From Carcharhinus amblyrhynchos (taxonomy: Eukaryota), in assembly GCA_965287045.1 (NCBI GenBank), contig OZ336874.1, positions 37,634,001-37,698,000 on the forward strand: a stretch of DNA of 64,000 nt, read 5' to 3'. Below the pieces are notes generated by a model, which was given only the letters and a program-made list of their open reading frames with translations, did not search any database and had not been told where the DNA came from. Positions 54,061 through 64,000 of the stretch are shown here, piece by piece. The first letter of the stretch is position 1. Each line of letters starts with the position of its first letter. The position numbers and the translations under genes are program-made.

Positions 54061-54945
54061 GGGCAATTTTCCCAACTCGCCATGTCTGGTGCAAATTGCA
54101 CTGAACCCAGAAAATAGCATCTGAACCTAAAATTCAGTTTTGCGCTTGGCGCCAAATGGATTTCCGATCATCTTAGTCCCTTTCTGGCACAGGTCGGATC
54201 TCGGCCACAAAGAATGCGAGACTGATTAGCATTTAAAAATGCTTAGCTTGTTTGACCACAGATTCTCCAGTTCCCGGGACCTTCCAACCTTTAGGTATGG
54301 CACGAGATCGATGAAAATCACAACTAGTCTCCACTAACGGAGACCAGGTGCAATTGCCGTGCTGGCAGGCTCGGAGGCCATTAAAGCTTCTGGCTGGATG
54401 GGGATGTGGCTGGGCAATGCCCATCTGGCACCCTGACAGTGCCAGTTGGGCACTGCGGTGCCAAAGGGTGGGGTCTGTGGGGCTTGCAGGGGGGCTATGA
54501 AGGGGGGGGGGCTATGCAGGGGATTCGTGTGTGTGGAGCTATGCGGTGGTGGGGGGGACTCATTCTGGGAGCTCATGTAGCGGTGGACCATAAAGAGAGG
54601 TTGTGCAGTGGTGAAGCATGACGAGTGGGGGTATGCTGGGGGCCATGATAGGAGAGTGTGCTGAGAACCCCAAGAGGGACCCATTGGGAAGGCCCCAGTG
54701 TCATTGATCCATGTCAGGATGGAGAAATGTGCCGCCAATGAGGGGGTGTTCCTGATAGTGATGGGGGAAGGGAGAGGGTCTCCCAGTGAGATTGGGGCGC
54801 GATTTCAAATGAGCTCATCTGCCTGCTTATCCCCCTTTCCTGACTGACTATGGGATGATTGCAGTCCAAACTATGCTGGACAGACTGGCACAGATTGCTC
54901 CAGTTTTCCCACTGTTACGACAGTTTTTTGGGGAAAATGTCAGCC
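54061..54945. mobile_element. GC-rich MITE (Harbinger-like)
   Basis: GGGCAATTTTCCC ... GGGAAAATGTCAGCC termini. Confidence 0.55.
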
Positions 54946-55473
54946 ATAGTGTTGCTGTTGAAGGAATGTGTCCATTTTGCCAGTGCCTCTGCTTAGAGTG
55001 TCTGAACACTTGATTTAGTTTTGATATTTCTAGAGCTATGTTTACTTTCAGTTTTTACCATGTTTGGCAATGGGATTCTTTGAATTTATATAAGTACTTA
55101 TATGTATATTTGCACACATTACTTACATATATGTGTTTGTGTGTGCATATATAATATTTGGATAACTTTATTTTCACTCCTAATAAGCTGTCTGCAAATT
55201 TACTTCTGAGGCTTCTGTTTGATATCTGTGGACTAATATCATCTGAATAATGGAGAGAGCTACAGAGCATGAAGTATATAAGGGATGTAAAGCAGCCTTG
55301 TGGCACATATTTGTGGTCAGACAGTGAAAACTTAATAGTAAAACTAGTCATTCATCAAGAATTTAATGACAAAGATTAAACAGGGTATTGGGGCAGAGGG
55401 AAAACTCTGTGCATAGGTTGAGTTGCTCTCATTTGGAGAACAGCCTGTTTATAATATCCGATTCTTGTCCTAG

Positions 55474-55611
55474 GGGCCGGTTTAAGGCTGCAGTTGGTAT
55501 TCTATCCGGCATTGCCACATGTCTTGCATTTGTGAAACCAGCAATCAATAACATCTCATTGATGACATTGGGTGTTCCCTGTACAGCTCTGCTTATTGCT
55601 GAATTAAAAAG
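55474..55611 (+). CDS. acer2: ACER2 coding exon 4 (gene continues beyond the window)
   Basis: (R)[45 protein letters not shown](R); cctag acceptor, gtaagt donor; 138 nt; phase matches exon 3. Confidence 0.96.
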
Positions 55612-55764
55612 GTAAGTCATTACAAACAAATATAACTGCTCCTCTAAGCAGTAAGTGATACCTTTTACTCAAATTGATTGATTGTATTCATACATTTATC
55701 ATTTCTTATATGCAGGTTCATTTTTTTTTTACACCAGTAACATCAATTCCGTAATCATATATGT

Positions 55765-56293
55765 GGGGCTGAATTTTTGCCTTGTTGGCAGCAAACGGGT
55801 GTTGGGACTGTTTCTGGTTCTTGAGGTGAAATGATCACCCTTTTGGGATTTTCACGGAGATACCCCCTTAATTGGCACAGAGACAGGTGGAGGGTCTTCC
55901 AAGCTGAGAGTAGCAGTATAGGGTAAGGAACTGAGTGGGTGCTTCAAAATGAAAATCCCCTCTCACCACCATTTTTAAATAAAGAGCATATCCAGCAGTC
56001 AAGGCACCACATTGGAAGGGTGGAGAGTGGATTCCCCCTACAGGGTGGTCCTTGGCTGGCATGCCACAGAGCACCTGCATCTCAGCAGTCAAATTCCCCC
56101 TAGTCACGTTAGGAAACTAGAGGCTAACTGGAAAATCTCACTCGGCCTCTTCTGAGTGCAGTTAACAAGCTTCTTAATGAGCCTAACCAGCAAAAATGGC
56201 CAGTGCCAGCAACAGACAGAAACGACTAGTGGCAGGATTTTCATTCCTGTCCACCACTGTTCTGACCTGGGGTGAGCTTAAAACTTCAGCCCC
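55765..56293. mobile_element. MITE with GGGGCTGAA termini
   Basis: GGGGCTGAATTTT ... AAAACTTCAGCCCC terminal inverted repeats. Confidence 0.7.
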
Positions 56294-57718
56294 TGGCCTC
56301 AAGCACAAATGAGGCAAAAGGATTCTTCATCTCCCTGTTGTTAGATTCACTAAAACCATACCTATCCAGCAGTTATGAATCCTTGATTATTAAAGCTGTG
56401 ATTGTACAATATCACAACATCCAAATTTTCAATGAAACTTGTGGATCGAGAACGACCTGAGGATACATGTTGTGAATTTCCTTGGATGGTCATCTGCCAC
56501 AGCTGTGTCCTGCCAGTGGGTTTGAAGGGGGGTGTGTGTGGTTGGCCGCTGCCACTTAACCTCCCATGTTACAGTGGGCGAGGAAGGTGCCAGGCAGCCT
56601 GCCTGCCCTTGGGCCTACTGAGATCCTGCAGTGGCCAACTAATTCCCATTTAACTGCCTCACCCTGCTCCTGTCACTATTTTACCTGCGACAATGTAAGG
56701 CCCACACCAAGCAGGTAGCCCAGCAGCTGCGTGGGCTAATATCAGGGTGGGGGAGAGAATTCCAGGATTTTGTCTCTACCAGGACTGTGTAGTGGTCATT
56801 CCTATCTATATTGTCATGATGCATCAGCAGCAGGTAGGTTAGTAAGGATGAGGTCAAATATGTTTTTTCCACTTGTTGTCTCATCACCTCCCATTGTCCC
56901 AGTCTAGCAGCCAGTTTGATCTGTGGTGGTACTACAAAGCCATTCTTGGGGACAGATATTGAAGTCTCCCCAGTAAGGCGTCCTTGCCTCAGTGCTTCCC
57001 CCAAGTAGTGTTCAACATGGAGGAGTACTGATTCAGCTGAGGGGGGATGGAATGTGGTAATCAACAGGAGGTCTTCTTGCCCATTTTTCACCTAGTGTCA
57101 TGGGGTCAGACAAGGCCAATGTTTGTTACTCATCCCTAGTTGCCCTTGAATTGAGTGGCTTGCTAGGCCATTTCAAGAGGGCATTTAAGAGTCAATCACA
57201 TTACTGTGGGTCTTGAGTCACATGTCGGCCAGACCAGGTAAAGACCCGCTTTACTGAGTTTAAATTTCATCAGTTACCATGGTGGGATTCGAACCTAGGT
57301 CCCAGAGCATTAACCTGGCTCTCTGGATTACTGGTCCAGTGACAATACCACTGTGCCACCACTTCCCACGTGCAATTTTTGTAGGTAGAGTTAGTGGGAA
57401 CTGTCTCCAACCTGGCAGCTCTGTGATCAGCTAATGAATAGCCTTAAACAGATAGAGAGAAGGTAGACTTCAACCCCCTCAAAAATATATTCGTGTATAA
57501 GTTGACCGCCTACTTCTTGGCTAAAGTAAAATAAAATAAATAATCAAAATAAAATTTAAAAAAATCAAAAATTTGGTCTCAAATATTCAGCTTTTTATAG
57601 GTATATTTATATTATGCCTTTAACATAATGAAATACATTTCATAGGTGCATTATAAAAAATGACATTAAACTACATCAGGAGATATTCGGTCGGACAACC
57701 AAAAAGTTAATTTATGAG

Positions 57719-57940
57719 TGTTATGATGCATGCTACAGACTTCGCCAGGAACACAAAGGGTATTTAACAAGGAAAAGCTCTAACAGCCTACCCACTGCCC
57801 CAGTACTGACATGTCTTCCATATGTCTTCACACTTTCTTGTGCCAAAGAGGACTCCACCCACTGGGGCATTACCCACTTTCAGTCCCAATTGATCCATCA
57901 AGCCAGGTGACCTTCTTCTGCTAAGAGGACAATCACCACA
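57719..57940. mobile_element. Solo LTR (222 bp) inserted in an L2 relic
   Basis: TGTT...CACA ends; 5-bp flanks ATGAG/AAGAG; L2 sequence resumes on both sides. Confidence 0.6.
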
Positions 57941-58560
57941 AAGAGAAAGGTTTTTATGGAGTGTTTGAAAGGAGGAAAGTGACATAGAAATGTGGCGATG
58001 TGCAGAGAGGGAATTCCAGAGCTTGGGGCTGAGGCAACTGATGGCATGGCCACTGATAGTGAAGAAATTATTGAGAATGAACAAAAACCCAGAACTAGCA
58101 GAATACAAACATTTTGGAGGGTTTTGGTGTGGAGAAGAATACAGAGATAAGAAAGGGCAGGCCATGGAGGAATAACTCGGAAATCAACCTGAAAATTGAA
58201 ATTCAGTGCAGCATTCCTTCAGCATTATATTGCGGTGCCAAGCTTGATTTTTATACTTAAGTCTTGGAGTGGGTCTTGAACCTAGAAACCTTTAACTCGG
58301 AGATGAGATCTAACAGAATGGCGTGCCAGGTTGGGCAGAATGGCCTTTTCTTAGCTCACTAAATAGTCACAAAGTTAAATTATTTTCTCAGTTGTGTTAT
58401 CTAGCAAACAATGAGAAATAGGTTTGGCACAGCTGGATAGGTCATCAACTCACAGTGATCGCTAGCAGGATTGAGGAAAGGCTGGGAACAGGAAAACTAG
58501 CCAGCTGAGTGAATGGGAAATGTGTGCCTACAGGCTAGAGAAGTGTGAAGTAAATATCTT

Positions 58561-58852
58561 GTAGTACAATGGATACTTTTGTTTGCAGATATCTGTGGGG
58601 TACAATGTGTAACTGACCTGAAGTATACCATTGGTATAATTGGTACTCCTTGCACATACACAGGGAAGGCGGAACTGTGATCAGCATGGCAGTGGAATTA
58701 GTCTTGGTAGTACAATGGATACTTTTGTTTGCAGATATCTGTGGGGTACAATGTGTAACTGACCTGAAGTATACCATTGGTATAATTGGTACTCCTTGCA
58801 CATACACAGGGAAGGCGGAACTGTGATCAGCATGGCAGTGGAATTAGTCTTG
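58561..58852 (+). repeat. Tandem duplication, 2 x 146 bp
   Basis: 58561-58706 repeated at 58707-58852 with no visible mismatch. Confidence 0.95.
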
Positions 58853-60404
58853 GTTAATGAATTGGCAGCCTGTTTTACATGCTGCAATGTTTTCTTTTTC
58901 ATTTGAACCAACTGGACTGCCAAATCACCAACTGTTACCAACCAAGACCAACTTCATCTCAACCCGCCTCTGTAACTGTTAACATCCCCAGGGTTCAGCT
59001 GCTTGGTCACGTCATCTTTAACATTAAGTCAGACTGGGTGGGACATTTGGCTTTCTGCTAACATGAAAATGCGTCAGTCACTGACTGGATAACACCAAAG
59101 TTTGGTTGGACTTAATATTCCACCTGGTACAAAGCAGGTGGCAGCTTTGAGACTATCTGCTAAAGCAAGCCCAATTATCTCTTGGCTTCGGTCCATTTGG
59201 AAGACAGATCAGCGACTGACCCAGTCTCCAGCAAGCCCTCTCTCCCACACCCCGGGTTCAGGAGGCTGGCACAGATGTTTAATACTCTGTCATCAAGAAG
59301 CACAGATGTGTATAAAATTGCTTTTGTGGCACATAATTGCCTTCCATATGTTAGCCAATATTAATGCGGCTCTCAGTAATCTGCAATGAACCATGCTATC
59401 ATTATTACAAGAAGAATCTACAAATTAAATTTCTAGCATGGCTTTTAGCTTTGAGTGAACCTGTGGTGGGATTTATGACTACATTTTGGCCCTGGATTAC
59501 AAATGCATTTTGAAGCTTAAATGTGGAGCTTCACTCTAGTAAATTAATGTTTATTGTCTTTCCTCCAGCCTCCTTCAATTCTTTTCCAGTTTTGGATATT
59601 CCCATACTGTTCTCAATCTGAATAGGGAGGAGGAAAGCTTGTTTCTAGATCTTTTCCAATGACTACTTCTAATTCAATTAACAGGAGGAACATGAAGGAT
59701 TTTGAGTGAGATTTTTTGCAGAAATTGGGAAAGACTGACAGTGGATGGGAGAAGAGGCGTTGAAGTCACTGATATCAATGGCAGCTTTTTCTCTGTGCAA
59801 GATTTGGGGAGAAAAAACATAAAGTTGTGGGGTTGGGGAGTGGTATCCCATGGTGTATCGCTGACAGAACGGCTTCTGATTTGCCAGCCCTGCCAGCAAT
59901 TTGGTAACTCAAGGATCGAGGCACCTTATTAAAGGCCATCCCAGCACAAAGAGTTTCAGCCTGGAACCTGCTGCCACTCCCCCTGGCACTACATGGGCTA
60001 TGCCAGGGTGTAACTCTCTTTCCCTGAGTGATGCACTCACCTGAGCTCCCCTGGGTGGTCTGCTCGCCAGCTGTATGCTCTGGGAAGCTGGTTGTGTTCT
60101 GCCATTGCACTGATATAAATGGATTTCCTGAAGGTAGGATGGGGATGATTCAGGCCTAAGGGCATGATAATGATATGTTATTCAGTGCAGTGAGAGATGG
60201 CTAAGTGCATTTGCATTTGAGATCTGTGTGTCCCAGCCTATGCTGGAAAGTATTGCTGTTTGCTACCAGCCACAAGGCCCATCTTTGCACCTTGGCTGAA
60301 GCAATTGACAGAATTGGCTCATTCTCCCAGAAAAGCCCTAAAAATGGATTATGATCTAACACGATTGTGAAATGCCATCACAGCGTAAATGACTGAGGTT
60401 TTCG

Positions 60405-60717
60405 TAGATCCCTACAATGCACAAGGAGGCCATACGGCCGATCAAGTCTACACTGACAACAATTCCATCCAGGCCCTACCCCAGCAACCCCGTGCATTCA
60501 CCCCACCTATCTCCCTGACACCAAGGGGCAATTCAGCATGGCCAACCCACCTAACCTGCACATCTTTGGACGATGGGTGGAAACGGGAGCACCGGGAGGA
60601 AACTCACGCAGACATGGGGAAAACGTGCAAACCCCAGGGCAGACAGTGACCCGAGGCTGGAATTGAACCCAGCTCCCTGGTGCTGTGACGCAGCAGTACT
60701 AACCACCTGTGCCATCA
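60405..60717 (-). mobile_element. V-SINE (HE1-like)
   Basis: V-domain and tRNA head in reverse complement. Confidence 0.85.
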
Positions 60718-60949
60718 TGTCGATTTGTAGTATCTTTTCTCAGCGTTTAACCAAGCCCTCGAGGAAAATGCAATTGCCCTCTCCATCACATCTGCATTCT
60801 GTGCAATAGAACTGCTCCAATTCTGTGACGAGGTGTCACAAGTGACTAATAGTAGCTTGAACAACAAAAACAGAAAGTGCTGGAAAATCTCAGCATGTCT
60901 GACAGCGTCTGTGGAGAGAGAATAGAGCCAACGTATCAAGTCTGGATCC

Positions 60950-63900
60950 TTCAATAGTAATTGACCATTCTAGGAAGGACTTCAATTCCATCACATTCCT
61001 CGGTGCCGGCATTCCTGTAATAGCTTTCACCTTGTCTTTGAGGGGATGTAACTCCTTTGCACCCATTTCAAAACCAAGATACATAAACTCAGCAGCTTGA
61101 AAGTACATTTCTCACATTTCAAATGTATGTCAACCTATTTTGGATGTCTTCCAGGTTTGCAACAAGTCCTTCAGGAGACGCACCTGTAAACAAGACATTG
61201 TTCAAATATACCCCCACTTTGAGGATTCCCTATAATAGGGTCTCCATAGTGTGCTGAAAAATGGCACAGGCTGACAAGACACTAAGTGGCAATCAGGTGT
61301 ACTGATACAACCCCTATGGGTATTTACTATAACTAACTTTCTGGAGTCCTCTTCCAGTTTCAGCTGTCAATCAGCATGACTGAAGTCTAGCTTAATATAT
61401 TTGAGGCCTCCTGCTAATTTAACATAAGAACATAAGAGATAGGAGCAGGAGTAGGCCATCTAGCCCCTCGAGCCTGCCCCGCCATTCAATAAGATCATGG
61501 CTGATCTTTCATGGCTCAGTTCCACCTTCCCGCCCTCTCCCCATAACCCTTAATCCCCTTGCCTATTAAAAACCTGTCAACCCGCGTCTTAAATACATTT
61601 AGCGAGGTAGCCTCCACCACTTCAACGGGCAGAGAATTCCAGAGATTCACCACCCTTTGAGTGAAGAAGCTCCTCCTCAACTCCATTCTAAACCGACCCC
61701 CCTTTATCTTGAGGCTGTGCCCTCTAGTCCTACTGTCCTTTCTGAGCGGGAAGAGCCTCTCCACCTCTATCCTATCCATCCCATTCATCATCTCATATGT
61801 CTCAATGAGATCTCCCCTCATTCTTCTAAACTCTGAGTACAAGCCTAGTTTATTCAGCCTCTCCTCAAAGTTCAACCCTCTCAACTCCGGTATCAGCCTA
61901 GTAAACCTCCTCTGCGCTCCCTCCAAGGCCAAAATATCCTTGCATAAGTGCGGCGACCAAAACTGCACACTGTACTCCAGCTGCGGCCTCATCAGTGCCC
62001 TGTACAGTTGCAGCAAGACCTCCCTACTTTTATATTCAATCCCCCTCGCTATGAAGGCCAGCGTCCCATTCGTCTTCCTGACCACCTGCTGCACCTGCAG
62101 GCTGGGTTTTTGCAACTCATGCACAAGGACCCCGACGTCCCTCTGCACCGTCGCATGCTGCAGTTTTTCGCCATGTAAGTAATAGTCCTTCCTACCATTA
62201 TTCCTACCTAAGTGGACAACTTCACACTTGCCAACATTAAATTCCATTTGCCAGTTCCTGGCCCATTCGCCCAGCCTATCTAGATCCTTCTGCAGACTTT
62301 CCACACCCTCCGCACAATTTGCCGTTCCACCAATCTTGGTGTCATCAGCAAATTTCGACACCATACACTCGGTTCTCTCCTCCAGATCATCTATATAAAT
62401 GTAAATAGCTGAGGCCCCAGCACCGACCCCTGGGGCACTCCACTAGTCACCAACCACCAATCCGAATAGCACCCATTGACCCCCACTCTCTGCCTCCTAT
62501 TTGACAGCCAATCCCCTATCCATGCTAACACCCTACCCCCAACTCCATGCCCCCTGACCTTCTGTAATAACCTCTTGTGCAGGACCTTATCAAACGCCTT
62601 CTGAAAATCAAGAAACACCACATCCACCGGCTCTCCCCTATCCACCGCCCTAGACACATCCTCATAGTACTCCAATAAATTCGTCAGACACGACTTCCCC
62701 TTAACGAAACCGTGCTGCGTCTGCTCTATCAAACAATTCTCCTCAAGATGCCTCGCTATTTTCTCCTTGATCACGGATTCTAACATTTTACCTACAACAG
62801 ACGTTAGACGTCCTCTATGCATGTAATGGGGTAACAATCCAGCTAATCTTCCCTGTTTATCGTTAGTTTGTAGTCCCCACAGACTGTCACAGTATGGTCT
62901 GATTTCAGGAGGGGAACAATAGTCGTAGCCATTCTGAAAACTGCACACGTTTGATGATGCCTAGGTCTTCCAACCTTTATAGTTTTATCGGTTTCCAAAC
63001 CTCTACGTTTCTTTGTGTAATGAATGTGGCACTGGGTGTGCTTGGAAAAACTTAGTGTAGCCTCAGGGTTTAGGTAAATTTTTGCTTTAACCCTCTCTGT
63101 CTAATTAAGTTCTCTCTGGAATATTTACATCAGAGCTCTTTGAATTCCCCTATCCTGGACATTAACTATTTCCGGCCAGTGATTCAATTTTATTTGTTTT
63201 AACCAGTCCCATTGCAGGAGACTGGGTTTCTGTTCATTGGTCATCATGATTGGTAATTGAGCTGACTGGTTCCCATCAGGTATAGGCACAGAGATTGTCC
63301 CCACTATTTTTAGTGTCTCTCCAGTGTCTGTCGCTAAAGTAGCCCCAGAATGGCTAAGACTTAAGGGTTGCAGTCCCTTCTGTAGATGTTTGAATGTTTT
63401 TTCACCTATGATTGTGGCAGCAGTGTCAGTGTCAACTTCCATTTTCAGGGGGTGGTTATTAACTATTAAAACAATCACTAGGGAGATGTCTTGTGAAGTT
63501 GGACCTTATTGAATGTATAAGTCTCAGATCCCTCCTTTGGTTCCTCCTCCAGCTTATTTATAAGAATTGTAGTGTTCACTGTGGCGCGTTTCACTTTACA
63601 CCTAGCTTGCAGGTGACCCTTGTTTTTGCATCTGAAGCAGATAGAATTCTGCACTAGCCCATCTTTTGGGTGTGATATTCCCCACTCCGAACACGTGGCT
63701 CAGACCCTGGTGCTGAACAACTTGTCTCAGGCCCCGCTGTGCCCTCACTTGCTCTGTTCCCAGCAACAGCTGATGTCCGCCACAATTGGTTCACCTCATT
63801 CTCTGCACCTTGTAGCTCACACATGCCTTGCTTAGCGCACACAGTCGCTTGGGCTCTCTCTGCTGCTTTTTCTAGTGAAATCTCGGTTTCAGCAAGCAGC

Positions 63901-64000
63901 TTCTTTCGGATGTTGAGGTTGTTGATCCCACAAACCAAACGGTCCCTCAACATGTCTTCCAATGAATGTTTGAACTCACCTTGCTCAGCCAGCTGTCGAA
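60950..64000 (-). mobile_element. Ty3/Gypsy LTR retrotransposon relic (gag-protease-RT), continues past window end
   Basis: gag MLRDRLVCGI...KKLLAE..ISLEKA; protease LKMEVDTDTAATII; RT YLGF..KVKAI..MPAPRNV.ELKSFL; stops and frameshifts. Confidence 0.88.
61421..62808 (-). mobile_element. Young CR1 LINE 3' fragment nested in the Gypsy RT
   Basis: Long open ORF2 stretches (DFQKAFDKV, GVPQGSVLGP, SKFADDTKIGG to stop) split by one frameshift near 62398; intact tail. Confidence 0.95.

Noticed and set aside
58561-58852. CRISPR-like array or coding repeat
   Set aside because: Eukaryotic context, only two long identical units and no spacers; the repeated ORFs are artefacts of the duplication
61661-62182. 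173-aa plus-strand ORF and similar antisense ORFs at 33581-34105
   Set aside because: Antisense shadows of CR1 ORF2
55612-64000. acer2 exons 5-6
   Set aside because: No CDN.RV.KLG or FPYLH..WH coding segment found; presumably beyond the window

Overview
Eukaryotic, repeat-rich vertebrate DNA, almost certainly from a shark or other elasmobranch (HE1/V-SINEs, Deu-domain SINEs, CR1/L2/Rex1/RTE LINEs, Penelope and Harbinger relics). It holds two divergently oriented genes. rps6 is complete on the minus strand: six coding exons of 6+132+211+147+158+96 nt = 750 nt, giving 249 aa, with a CpG-island/5'TOP promoter. acer2 (alkaline ceramidase 2) has its first four coding exons on the plus strand (102, 115, 142, 138 nt); its remaining exons lie beyond the window. 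Most other sequence is transposon-derived, and nearly all other ORFs in the track are TE fragments or noise. I found no clearly new protein-coding system. The best leads are an apparently intact minimal hammerhead ribozyme in a Penelope-like insertion ~270 bp upstream of the rps6 start site; Penelope fold-back insertions with 12-14 bp target duplications; a Harbinger relic with a spliced Myb/SANT gene whose two ends were each hit by a retroelement; a duplicated GATA/E-box/CCAAT module in acer2 intron 3; AUG-UGA start-stop elements upstream of acer2; and inverted SINEs flanking rps6 exon 5. Exon boundaries were read from GT/AG sites; TE boundaries are approximate and TE family names are from recognition, not database searches.
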